A stretch of 63,793 nt of DNA, the filler included, from Octopus bimaculoides (lineage: Eukaryota): assembly GCF_001194135.2 (NCBI RefSeq). It is 6 parts of 5 records of this genome, joined end to end, with 100 filler letters (N's around TTAATTAATTAA, not from the genome) between each part and the next. Parts side by side here need not be neighbours in the genome. Positions count along the whole stretch, not along the records: positions 23,259 to 47,534 come from NC_068981.1; positions 47,635 to 59,405 come from NC_068993.1; 4 more parts are not named here. The stretch is one strand, 5' to 3'. Below are positions 40,359 through 52,829 of the stretch, piece by piece (position 1 is the first letter of the stretch; the number at the start of each line of letters is the position of its first letter). The notes beneath the pieces were generated by a model, which saw nothing but the letters and a program-made list of their open reading frames with translations, ran no database searches and was not told the origin of the DNA. Position numbers and translations under genes: made by a program.

Positions 40359-41699
40359 CTACAAACACTTTAATTGCAACTGTTCATAATTCAAATATAT
40401 CAGTTCATTAAGTATTTGGTTTTTCCGAACTTTTCCATTATATTCAAAAGGTGAAGAAACTATAGATTGTTTGGGCAATTTTGAAGAATTTTTACTTACA
40501 ACTTCATTTGCAATATTTATATCAAACATTTTAAATTCTTTTTGTCCTTTTGTTGCAATTTCAGGTAAAGTTCTTGAGCGTCTATGGCAATAATTGTTTG
40601 AGAAAATATTTGTTTTTCTTGATGCAACATCATTAATACAGAGAGAACTAAAAGTACTACTATTTACACTTGACATATCACTGATGGATTTCACTCTATT
40701 ACAAGATGAATCATTATAACTAATATATGTAGAAAGGGAGCAGTTATATGGAAGACTTGATACACTTGTCAAAGAAACACAGTCACTATTTTCTTCACAT
40801 TCACATAATTTTGCTCCTTTGCAAGATTTGTGATTATTAATTTGCACAATATGAGGATCTTGTCTTTGTTCTTCTTTGACATTATTCAATGAAAGATTGT
40901 CACTAAGCATACTGCTTGCAGAATAACCTTGAGCTGTATTCATATGGTACTCACACCAACTATCATTGCCATCCATTTCTTCATGCTCTAATAGGTCTAC
41001 AAAGGCAAGTTCATTACTGGAGGTTTCTCTATCTTTTTGTTGTTTCAATTCTTTTAAATCACACTTGCATTGATTTTTAAATTGCTTTTCACATTTACAG
41101 TAATCAAAAGCTGTTACTTTCTGTGATGACTTGCAGTATCTAGAGTTTAATGAATTAAACTTGTCATCCCTTTTGCCGTTCAAATTTGAAAATAAATCAG
41201 GGGTTTCTAGATTGCATTTGTAAGTGCTGTAACATTCTTTGCAACAGCATCCTTGTAAATTAACATGAGTCTCTGTGTTTTTAGTTGGAGCTTGTTCCTT
41301 TGAATACTTGCCATAGTGTAAGTTTTTTGAAGAAGATTCATTCACTTCTGACTGACTCGGTACACAAAACTCAATTTCTTTATATTCTATTTCATGATTT
41401 TCTTTTTGACCCCGAATAGTTTTAAGGTTTGTTTTAGGAGAACATTGTGGGAGAAAGTTCTTAAAAGTTTGAGAATCTTTATTTTTTGAAGCATCATTTT
41501 GTTTGACTTTGCTTAATTTCTTTTGAACATTTTCACTAGTTCTTTGTCCCATATCTGCAATTTCTTCATAAATGTGGTTGGAATCATCCAAATCATTATC
41601 ACTGTTGGGAGGACACAATTTAACTTCTTTTGGAATAGGAGGCAGTTCTCTTGATACTTTTTCTACATTTCGTTGTCGACGAAAGAGGTGACAAAACAT
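40359..41699 (-). CDS. Uncharacterised 446-aa Ser/Asn/Lys/Cys-rich, probably largely disordered protein with SH3-, SH2- and 14-3-3-type motifs (sole or terminal coding exon)
   Basis: A 1341-nt uninterrupted, non-repetitive ORF in AT-rich DNA is unlikely by chance. A-rich start context (AAATCATG); splice acceptor TATTCTTTCTATTTTCAG 33 nt upstream; no TE motifs recognised. Confidence 0.8.
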   Translation of the reverse strand: MFCHLFRRQRNVEKVSRELPPIPKEVKLCPPNSDNDLDDSNHIYEEIADMGQRTSENVQKKLSKVKQNDASKNKDSQTFKNFLPQCSPKTNLKTIRGQKENHEIEYKEIEFCVPSQSEVNESSSKNLHYGKYSKEQAPTKNTETHVNLQGCCCKECYSTYKCNLETPDLFSNLNGKRDDKFNSLNSRYCKSSQKVTAFDYCKCEKQFKNQCKCDLKELKQQKDRETSSNELAFVDLLEHEEMDGNDSWCEYHMNTAQGYSASSMLSDNLSLNNVKEEQRQDPHIVQINNHKSCKGAKLCECEENSDCVSLTSVSSLPYNCSLSTYISYNDSSCNRVKSISDMSSVNSSTFSSLCINDVASRKTNIFSNNYCHRRSRTLPEIATKGQKEFKMFDINIANEVVSKNSSKLPKQSIVSSPFEYNGKVRKNQILNELIYLNYEQLQLKCL

Positions 41700-41732
41700 G
41701 ATTTTTTTTTCAGTTATCTTCTTGACTACTTT

Positions 41733-41750
41733 CTGAAAATAGAAAGAATA
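41733..41750 (-). promoter_or_regulatory. 3' splice acceptor preceding the 446-aa exon
   Basis: Minus strand TATTCTTTCTATTTTCAG|AAAGTAGTC; the exon would start at 41732, with the frame open (KVVKKITEKKI) into the ATG at 41699. Confidence 0.65.
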
Positions 41751-43214
41751 CTTTTATTTGTCTTGTAAAAGTTGAAAATAAGACTTTTTCATATGACATT
41801 TAATATCCATATATAGGTAGCACATGGTGAATTTACTGCAGAAGTTGATTAATAGTATAAGAATACCTAACATAATTTAGCTTCATTGCTTATACATTGA
41901 GTTCATATTCTATCAAGATAAACTTAGATTTATAGTTCATATGAAAGGATAAAATAAATATTAGTTGAATCAATGAAAGAAACCCTATGAAATCTCTTAA
42001 CATGAAAGAAATTTCAGCCTAATATCACTCAAATAGCACCTTACAGTCTTAAAAAGAAAGACATAGAAGCTAATGCATTCCTAAATATACTAAAGCTGCA
42101 AAGAGAAAAAGTCACGCATGTTGGAATGCATTTGATTATTATAGGTTTGCTCATGAAAGCTGACCTGGGGCTAAACAACAAATAACATTAATATACTGCC
42201 TTAGATTTAATCCTCTATTGCCTATATTCCTGTATGAAAAAAAAATCAGTATTAATATGAAGTAATTTTTTTTCAAGATGATAAGGGTTCCATACAATTG
42301 GTTTCAATCTTTTGTAGCACTGAACAGAGAAAGGACCTATTCCCAACAGCTAAATGAATGTGAGGTGTTCCCAGTAGTACAACAAAATGCTTGCCAAAGA
42401 TTTGAACCAACAACAAATAGTTCAATATATCACTCACCTAGCAATTTTAGCTGTCTCACTAAATATATAATTTATAATATTTATATAAGCTTACATTGAT
42501 TAATGAAGACAGTTTCATTAAATCAGTTTGGAGAAAAAGTTTTATTGATATTTAACAGTAGGCTGTTAAAGTACAATGTTACTGAGTGCTAAGAAACATG
42601 GTTATTCACTGTAATGTGTTATGACATAAAGTTACAGAAGTAGAAACCTAATTTGTTGTCTGGTCTGTCTCTAATGTCTGAGATGACAAAACCATTTAAG
42701 TTGCTGATGTTTGTAAAATTAAAGAAACACAACATCCAAAATGCCTGAATAAACTAAGAATGAATAAGACAACACTATAATAGTGAAACAACCAAAGAAT
42801 AAACTGAACTTCTAATTCTACTTGACTACCACTGCATGAATACCTCCACAAATTATGAGGGCACTACATGGTTGAAAGAGTGGGAATATTTATTTGAAGC
42901 AGAATGTCACAGAAGAGAGTTGTTGCAAATAATGTCCATACATCATTTTAATTATCACTGAAGGTGGCATGAAAGTATCATTATGAATTGAATAATTAAA
43001 ACCTACTTCATCCAAATGGAATCAACAGAAACACCAACTGTAAAGGCTGTTGAATCACAACTATTAAAGAAATTAAGATGATAAAAGCAAATAACACTGC
43101 AGAATCATCAACTGCTACGCTAAAACCATCAGATTATGTAAATATTACACTAATTATTCAATTAATCAAGTGATGCATGAAGCTGTCATTCCTAATGACA
43201 GGCGTAACAGTTTC

Positions 43215-43750
43215 ATAAGGACAAAAGAGATGCATTAGAGAGTAGCAAATACAGAGGCATCAAATTGATAGAGTAAGTTTTAAAAGTAGCTGAAAGAGTC
43301 TTAGTCAAGTCAGTAAAACAGAAGACTCCAAAGAAAGTAGTGAAGTTCAAACAATACATTAAATATTATGCTATAAAGGCAAATGGAAATAATGTTTAGG
43401 GCAGAAACCTTCAAGGGAGAGACATAAAATGCCAACAGTATAGTATTGGTTAAGATTAGCTTGGATAAGGTCAGTTTAAATTTGTACTAACCAAAGATGC
43501 CATATTCCTCGTAACAGAAATGAAGATTTCTTAGCGAAGACTAAACTACTCTACTTTGCATTTGTCTGTCAGTATGGAGAAAGATTTTGAGAAAGTCCTG
43601 CACTCATTAATCTGGTAGATGTATAAAAAATCAGGTTAGATGAATGGCTTGTGGATGCATTCAAGCTATTCATCAAATCTGAGAGCAGGCAGCTATGTAA
43701 GGATTGACAGAAAATTTAGAAGAGAGTTTAGTGTAAAGCTATGTGTTCAC
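43215..43750 (+). mobile_element. Ancient RTE-clade RT fragment (antisense, in the presumed intron)
   Basis: KDKRDALESSKYRGIKLIE*VLKVAERVL (consensus-like KGKGDALE.GNYRGIKLL...KV.ERV) and MEKDFEKV...LIW (LEKAFDRV). Confidence 0.6.
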
Positions 43751-45433
43751 TTGGATCATTCTCAGCCTAGTTCCTTAGTAAATAGTATAGAAATCCAGTA
43801 ATAGTTAACCCTTGAATACACCATAGATACATGTTTATAAGTTACCTTTCTTGTACACAAATTCAATAACAAAAATCAGGAATGTGACTTACATATAAGG
43901 CGAGGACATCTTGTGCAAGAAATGTCATTGCTTTTAAAATCAGCAACAATTATAAATGCTGAACAACTTGAATGCATATTTAATATGATAATACGGTTGC
44001 AACCATTTTTAATAAAATAACCATACCTTTAATGTATGAAAACTAAGCCAGGAAAAATTAGGCATTGGTCTTTAGAGTTAGTTGAGTGTAGAGTTCAGAG
44101 GTGAGACTGATACAATGAAGTGTAATTGATGAATGAAATAAAGGTAATAGACAGAAACAGTAACAAGAGACAAAATTTGAAAGAACTGTTAATATGAGAA
44201 GAGGTCAGTGGCAACACTGATACAATTGTTTGTGGAGATTGTGTAGAGATGAGATAAACAAAGATAATTGATAAATACAATGGTGAGAGGAGTTTATGGC
44301 AAAATTAGTAAAGAAATAGATGTAGAGAAATAAGAAAAAAACATGGAAGAAGTGAAGGTCTAGAGCAGGGGTTTCTCAACCAGGGTCCATATAACATTTT
44401 GTTGGTAAAATTTATTTGCAATAAATTACTTATACACAAAATATTTTAATACACAAAAATATTTTAATTCATTTACTTTAATAATATTTTAATTCTTTTA
44501 TACAATATTTTAATTCTTTCATAAACTTGTTAAGAGTTAAACATAAAAGGGTAACGTTTCATGCCAAATCAATTATTGTTACAACAGCAACACACTAGTA
44601 GAAAAAATGTTTATTACATGCTACTGTTTTCAAATTTAAAGCTGAAAAATTTGCAGAAGTTAATGGTAACAATTTTGCTGAGAGGGAGTTGTGAAAGACA
44701 GGAAAAAAACAAAAATTTTTTACTAGAAATATCGAAGATAAAAGAGCACATAGAGATATCTAGAGATGGAGAAAGAACTGTTTGGCTAGGTCACTGATCA
44801 GGGAGATACTCGGTTACACTGTAACCTTGTTAGAGATAAGACTGAAGAAGCCAAGATATCTTCTAATCCACTAATAGAATGCCTAATGAATGGGCTCAGC
44901 ATTTTATGATGAAAAATGGACTTAGTCTATGACAGAAATCTAAGGATATCCTAGAAGCTACCCACACGGTTTGGAAGAGAAGATAAACTCTTCACACTTT
45001 GAAACAGAAAGCAGCATGATTTTCAAATTGAACATATGATAAAATGGACCATAATCCAATGTTTCTGAATTTTTTGGAAACTGCAAATTTGACATCAAAG
45101 GAAGGAAGACTATTCATGTGAAAACCACAGGACATGAAAGGATATAAGTTTACTGTGGTGAGCAACAAGAGAGTCAAGGAGAAAGAGTGAGAGAGAGAGA
45201 GGGGAACGATGAAGGGGAGAGGAGAAGAATTAGAGAAAGAGTGGGAGAGAAAAAAAGAAAGGAAGAACAAGAGAGGGAGAGAGAATAGAGATAGGTGGTA
45301 GAGTGCACATCGGTAGTATTAAGATAAAACTTACTTGGAAATGGATGTGTGGCGTTCGATCATATAATAATATGAATAATATATATATATGCATATACAT
45401 ACATACATGTACATGCCTACATATATATGTATA

Positions 45434-46198
45434 CTAGCAGAGATACCTGGCGTTGCCCGTGTTACATGCAATTGAAGAATGAGACTTTTCTGTTATATTT
45501 TCTGTAAGGAACTGGAATACCTATAATTCGAATTTCCTCAAAATTGCAGATGAGGGTTCTTTCCCTCTTTACACACCCTAAAAAAATTCTAATCATGACA
45601 CATGTATCCCATACTATTGATCTTTATGCGCATATTCCAAAATTCAAGTCTTCTGGAACCTGTAAAACGGATTTTGCTCCTGAAAAATGGAGCTCTAAAA
45701 TGTGGGAATGAAGGCCCCTATTGGGGGTGGGAGTGTTAATGTCAACCAGAGAAGTTGAATTGTTGGGAATGTTTTTAACTTAGGTCTTATAGTATGCCTA
45801 TATATATATGTGAGAGTATAGTTTCACTTCAATAGTTTCAGTATGAAGTTGAAAGTATTAAAGTGAAAGTGTGTGACATTACAGTAGCAACATGTTATTG
45901 TTTCACTTTTGACACGTAATACTGAAATAGTGGAATAGTTTCAGTATTAAAGTGAAAGTATCTGACATTACAGTAGAGTGATGTTATTGTTTCACTTTTG
46001 ACATGTAATACTGAAATAGTGGAGGAGATATGATATTGGTGTGGGCTCGAACTATGCAAGAAGTTAAAAATATTTTTGCCCTAAGATACTACATGGACCC
46101 TAATTAGGGCATGTGTTAATTTGGAATGAGATTGGTTGTGTAGTTCTCGAGTTTTAGGGATTCACACAGACACACATTCTCATCTTTATATATATAGA
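45434..46198 (-). mobile_element. Complete 765-bp non-autonomous Helitron
   Basis: Minus strand begins A|TCTATATATATAAAG (46198) and ends CGGGCAACGCCAGG...CTAG|T (45434): 5' TC, small GC hairpin, 3' CTAG, A-T target site and no TSD. Internal 89-bp tandem duplication (45854/45943). Confidence 0.85.
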
Positions 46199-47224
46199 TA
46201 TAAACACACACACACCCAAACACACATATATATATGTATATCAATATAAATATATGAAAGTCAATGAAGTTTGGTAAAAGAAGGTAATTATTACATATTT
46301 TCTTGCTGTTGTCATTATAACACCTCGTTGTAAACAATATTCCTTGTTTTTCCTTGTGGAGCATATGCAAATAGGTTTGTTTTGCTTCCCACTCTTGAGC
46401 AGCCAACATACAGTTGTCCATGTGAGAAGCAGGGCTCTTCCAAGAGAAGACCAGCTACAGAGAGGGTTTGACCCTGAGATATAGAGTTGTAAACCCTATA
46501 CCTCCACCCCTATCTTCTTTTTTTCGTTCTCTTTCCTTCTTCCTCCCCTCCTGTCCATATATCTGACCTCACAATCTCTTACACATCTTCCTCTATTCAT
46601 CTATTTATAGCCTACTGCTTCCACTACTACCTTCATTTCTCCCTTAACTATTCCCTCCTCCTTCCTTCCTGTCTTATGACTTGATCTCACAATCCCACAC
46701 ACATCTTCCACTCACTTTGGGCTGTCTTTTAAGTAACCATTGCACTGAGTAAACTGGATACGAAATGATGTATATCTGCCAATATAACTATAATTATCAC
46801 TAGAAAATACCAACACGGATTCTATACATGGATATTTACCTTTGGAATGGAACTATACTACAAGTACTTTCTCTTCTTTGTTTTTTCTTCTCTGCATCGC
46901 TTGCATTTCTTACTGCAAATATCCTCATACAGATTTAATAATCCTTAACTTCTACTATTACTGTCTCCGATAAAAGGGATACATTGAATTTTCCCTGAAA
47001 CAGCTGTAAGACATTCTACATAAAATATAAATTTATTTATGCCATTGGTCTCTTTATCTCATTCTTTTTATATATACACACGATAATACACGAGCCATGT
47101 TAAATTCCCCATTAAGGTTGCAACCACATCTGAGGCAAAACTAGTCGGTATACAGCACTTACTTGGTATTACCTGTAATATTCGGGTCTGGTTGACATCA
47201 TTACCCTTCATAACCTTTATATAC

Positions 47225-47261
<37 letters not shown>

Positions 47262-47920
47262 CATATATATGAGTAAAAATAAATACAAAAAAAAAGGGTT
47301 TTGTATGATCGTGTATAGAGGAATATATTATTTTATTTAAAAGAGTTCCAACTCTGTCTGTTTTTTATGTTTTTTATTTTTTTATTTATATTCTTGTAAA
47401 ATTTATGTGGGATATAGAATATGGAATATATAATATATAATACAAAAAAAGATGGATAGTACAATGAAATTAAGTATTGAATGTCTTATTGAATATATGG
47501 AATATGTCTTATTGAATATATGAAATATTGAGTGNNNNNNNNNNNNNNNNNNNNNNNNNNNNNNNNNNNNNNNNNNNNTTAATTAATTAANNNNNNNNNN
47601 NNNNNNNNNNNNNNNNNNNNNNNNNNNNNNNNNNTTCAAAAAATTGGTAATAAAGTTCTTCGGCAAACAACAACTCTTACTATTGAGGAGGGGCGGATAC
47701 GCCTACCACAAACAGTAAGCACACAAAATCGTTCGCAATGCGAACGCAAAGTCTCTTCGGCCAAAAAGGCGAAGCAACAAATTCCCACTGCTGTGTAGTG
47801 GATAGACCCACAAGAAACCTGCCGAGGCAAGCGAAAACGTCGCCAAGCTGAACAACAACCTGCTAAAAAAGAATTTCAAAATACAAATTATTGCTCAGCT
47901 GAGCGACAAAACCGACCTAC

Positions 47921-48184
47921 CTCGGCGAGCTCTTCAATGTTCCTATGTAATCCTCCACCTAGACAGAGTCCAACACACTCATGTCCGTCTCGTTGTACTG
48001 CTGCAAGACAACTAACTCTCCTGTCAGGGAAGCAAGCTTCTTGCCAAACAGCCACGGCTATGCCTATCGACTCGTTTTGAAAGTCTGCTGCATGAATTAA
48101 AAGAAAAGAACGCGTTTCGAATCCCATCAGTGGACTTTGTTTCCTTGTTGGTCCCATAATGGTGATTATTATGTCTGATACCAT
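47921..48184 (-). CDS. Possible upstream exon of the 446-aa gene (coding or 5' UTR)
   Basis: Strong donor GAG|GTAGGT at 47921/47920, in phase 0 of ORF 47888-48184 and so in phase with the acceptor at 41732. No transcript support; a short SINE-head-like segment lies within it. Confidence 0.3.
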
Positions 48185-48259
48185 TTTATATAGTATAAAT
48201 AAATATATAAATACATTAATGAAGTCGCAGTCGTTTAATCATTATTTCGTTTTTTTTCT

Positions 48260-48650
48260 CTCTTTTCTTTTTCCGCCATTGGACTGTAGCGAAAGATGAC
48301 CACCGCGTTGAAGGATTTAGTCGAATAAATCGCCCCTAATACTTATTTTAAGTATGATACTTATTCTAACCGTAGTCTTTTGCCAAACTGCATGATTACG
48401 GGAACATAATCAAACTAACACCGGTTGTCAAGCAGTGGACTGGACAAATATGAAGCACACACAAACCCTACGTACTTATACACATTTATGTACGTAGGGC
48501 TTACACGGAGTTTCTGCCCATCAAATTCTTTCTCAGAGCTTTGGTCGTCTCGGAGAGATGAAAGGTACTCGGCAGGATTTGAACTAAGAATGTAAAGAAC
48601 CGGAAGCAATATTTCAATGCAAATTTTTTTTTTTACCCGAGGCTCGGACG
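48260..48650 (-). mobile_element. Diverged CORE-type SINE
   Basis: Collinear with 30243-30625 (TTTAGTCGAATAAATCG...CGGTTGTCAAGC...GGATTTGAAC). Confidence 0.6.
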
Positions 48651-50075
48651 AATCTGCCAGCTCGAAAAGCTTTTGACGATGCACGGAAAGTTCTATTGAA
48701 AGAGAGAGGGAAGAAGTGTATCAGAAAGATAACGAGAGAAATACACATATATATAGAAGGAAGAAGACAGATAGAGAGAGGGGGAGAGGGGGGGAGAGAG
48801 AGGGGGGAGAGAGAGAGAGAGGGGGGAGGTTTGGAAAAGGAAGTCGACTGTGTCCCGATTTAAAATCAGAGCCAAGTATGCGATCGTTGGTATAGAACTA
48901 AATACATGAACGACAGTGCATATATATTCGATACCCCGCCGTACATAGATGGATAGCTGACCAACCCAAGAAATATCAGCTCCAAGCATAATATTTAAAA
49001 TCTTGTAATGTCCTTCATTATGTGGGAAAGAGCTGTTTATCTGATACACAAGCAAGAAGTTTGATATTGCCTTTGCATGGACGTGGAATAAAGACAAGTG
49101 TAATAAATGAAGTTATTATGATCGAGTGAGTTTGTAATAAGAAATTAATAAACCAAATTGAGAACGGGTTAACGAATTAGTTGGCGTATTATGGGGCTTA
49201 TTTCCAGGGGAGCAACTGATGTACGTAACCAATAACATGCGTTCATGGATAGCTATTAAACGTAATTAAAGTAGATAATGTTAGAGGAGGTACCAGAGAA
49301 AGAGAGAAAGAAATATGGCGGAGCATCGTGGAAAGAAGTGAATGAAGATTGATAGATTGATTATGTGGAAAATTGTAATGTAATTTCATCAACGGACAAT
49401 TGACCATCGCCAACCTAGGCAAATGGTTCGTTGTTACGATCAACAACCGTTATGGGTGTGTGTTTAAGAAGTTTGTTCCGGAGTTTTGAGATTCCGGGTT
49501 CGTTCTCATTGTGTAACATCTTGGCAAACTGTTTTATTTTTTTTGGTTCTTTAACCACAGCATCGCTTTGAACAACGCACTGTCAGTGGAATTTTGATTC
49601 ATGCAAAAAAGGGCAGAAGCTCAACGCGCGCGCGTGTGTAAGCATTGGTGAAAAACCAGTGATTCTTGAACGTTGTTCTTTACACCATGTAATAAACAGC
49701 CCCTTGTTATTCACGCCGTTAGAGGACCCGTGATTGGGCCATTGCAAACTAGTAACTAACGATGCTAATTACAATACATACATATATATGTATAATTGCG
49801 TGTGTGTATGTGCCTGTGTGCTTGCACACACATATACACACACGCGCGCGCACAACATGATTTATATGACAGACTTACTTCCTAACCACATAGCGATGCC
49901 TATGCTTAGAGTTAGTTACTACAAGAAGTTGATGAAAGTAAGTCTGAAAAAAGGAATTTTAGTTCCAGCTTCCATTAAAAAGGTAAAAAATAAAAAAAAA
50001 ATCCCACACATTTACCAAATTTTTAAATTTCTCTCTTAATTCTGAAATATAAACATATGTATAAAAATCTCTCTA

Positions 50076-50082
<7 letters not shown>

Positions 50083-50123
<41 letters not shown>

Positions 50124-50132
50124 CCTACCTAC

Positions 50133-50172
<40 letters not shown>
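50083..50172. repeat. (TC)n/(TATC)n/(TACC)n compound microsatellite
   Basis: Direct reading. Confidence 0.9.
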
Positions 50173-50830
50173 TGATATGTGTGTGTGTACATGTATACAT
50201 ATATATATGTATGTCTATACGTAGCATTATTTTCGTATAATTTATTCCAGGAAAGCTTTGTAGCCATTGTGGATTACTTAGGTTTTGGTCGTGTGCTTGG
50301 AATTTTAAATGAGGAAGAAATTTCACAACAAACAAAACCAACATAAAACAATATATATACAAACAACAATAAAACAATGAATGCTGAAAGAACACAGGTT
50401 CTCATTCTTTGTTCGTATAAAGTTTAATAATTTTTTTTTTATTAGTTTCAGGGGATTTTATTTTCGTACTTTTTTTTTTTTTCCAGTTTCTTTCCTGCTG
50501 CCATTTTTCAATGCTAATGTCTTCTGCTCTTTAACTCCAATGATATGGGGTGTATAATTCCACCCTCTCTACCCTAGGTACCATGGTAGATTGATCCAGA
50601 TGCTTGGAAATATTAGCTAAAAAATCTGACATGTTTGTTTTAGTAAAACCTTTTAGAGAAAAGGGAAAGAGAGAGAGAGGGAGAGAGAGAGAGTGAGGGA
50701 GAGAGAGAGAGAGATAGAGAGAGCGATAGAAAGAGAAAAAGACAAGAGAGAGTGAGAGAAAGAGTGGAAGAAACAGAGATTGGAGAGACAGAGAGAGAGT
50801 GTGTATGTTATTGCATATATACATACATGT

Positions 50831-50863
<33 letters not shown>

Positions 50864-51078
50864 CAGCTATACATACATTCATATATATATATGTGTATAT
50901 GTATACATGTGTACACACGTACATAAGTCCATGCATGTGTACATACATGAAAGCATCCCTACTGCATACATGCATACATACATACATACATACATACGTA
51001 CTGTGTGCATATATACACGCACCTACACATGCATATCATATACATATATATATATACATGTATGTGTATTTATATGTG

Positions 51079-51121
<43 letters not shown>

Positions 51122-52423
51122 CTAGCTTCAGCGCTCACATTTTGCATCAACCATTTCTCACCCTCTCTTTTCTTCTTCTTCAACTCCCTCTCTCTTTCTC
51201 TTTCTTCTTATCTTTCTTTCTTTCTTTCTTCCTTTCTTCCTTCTTTTCTTTNNNNNNNNNNNNNNNNNNNNNNNNNNNNNNNNNNNNNNNNNNNNNNNNN
51301 NNNNNNNNNNNNNNNNNNNNNNNNNNNNNNNNNNNNNNNNNNNNNNNNNNNNNNNNNNNNNNNNNNNNNNNNNNNNNNNNNNNNNNNNNNNNNNNNNNNN
51401 NNNNNNNNNNNNNNNNNNNNNNNNNNNNNNNNNNNNNNNNNNNNNNNNNNNNNNNNNNNNNNNNNNNNNNNNNNNNNNNNNNNNNNNNNNNNNNNNNNNN
51501 NNNNNNNNNNNNNNNNNNNNNNNNNNNNNNNNNNNNNNNNNNNNNNNNNNNNNNNNNNNNNNNNNNNNNNNNNNNNNNNNNNNNNNNNNNNNNNNNNNNN
51601 NNNNNNNNNNNNNNNNNNNNNNNNNNNNNNNNNNNNNNNNNNNNNNNNNNNNNNNNNNNNNNNNNNNNNNNNNNNNNNNNNNNNNNNNNNNNNNNNNNNN
51701 NNNNNNNNNNNNNNNNNNNNNNNNNNNNNNNNNNNNNNNNNNNNNNNNNNNNNNNNNNNNNNNNNNNNNNNNNNNNNNNNNNNNNNNNNNNNNNNNNNNN
51801 NNNNNNNNNNNNNNNNNNNNNNNNNNNNNNNNNNNNNNNNNNNNNNNNNNNNNNNNNNNNNNNNNNNNNNNNNNNNNNNNNNNNNNNNNNNNNNNNNNNN
51901 NNNNNNNNNNNNNNNNNNNNNNNNNNNNNNNNNNNNNNNNNNNNNNNNNNNNNNNNNNNNNNNNNNNNNNNNNNNNNNNNNNNNNNNNNNNNNNNNNNNN
52001 NNNNNNNNNNNNNNNNNNNNNNNNNNNNNNNNNNNNNNNNNNNNNNNNNNNNNNNNNNNNNNNNNNNNNNNNNNNNNNNNNNNNNNNNNNNNNNNNNNNN
52101 NNNNNNNNNNNNNNNNNNNNNNNNNNNNNNNNNATATATATATATATATATATATATACATACATACATATATATATATATATGTATATTTATATATGCA
52201 TATATATGCATGTTTTATGCATGTTTTACTTGTAAATATATATAGACACGCATATATATTACCCACACACGCATAAATACATAAGTATGCACATTAATAT
52301 TTCACATATATGGCTACACTCATTCATGCCTATATACGTATATAATAAGGCTGTAATATTATAAATATGTCTTATATATTATATACGTACATTTTATGTA
52401 GAAAATATATGAATATATTATAA

Positions 52424-52466
<43 letters not shown>

Positions 52467-52829
52467 AACATCATGATGTTGCTGGAATGTCAGTTGAAAA
52501 TGTTGTACCTGACTAAGTTCGCTGTCACTGAAATAAAACACAATCACAGTTTAATGTCAAAGTAAATACTTCAAGTCAGTTTACTTCTAAAGTTTTCTCA
52601 CTAATGCATTATTTACCATCAGCTGCTGCTGCTGTTGTATGTCTGAGTGTATGTGTAGGAGCAGTATGGCCGAATGGTTAAGAAGTTTGCTTAGCACCCA
52701 CGAGATCCTTCGTTCGATTCGACTCGTAGCGTCTTGGCTATATGTCATTTTTTTTTATATGGGTTTGGGTCGATCCGTACCTCGCGAATAAAACTATATA
52801 GAAGGCCGTTTGGTTTGGAGTGCATATGT

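Noticed and set aside
44378-44400. CAGGGGTTTCTCAAC hAT-like terminal motif (similar at about 62506)
   Set aside because: No matching opposite TIR or 8-bp TSD found.
50531-50650. Possible small exon MSDFLANISKHLDQSTM after a polypyrimidine tract
   Set aside because: The pyrimidine tract is a (CT)n microsatellite and the candidate donors are weak; unsupported.
50752-52276. Long ORFs of 335-497 aa (likewise 1592-2359, 13882-14676, 37280-38308)
   Set aside because: They are long only because they run through N gaps and dinucleotide repeats.
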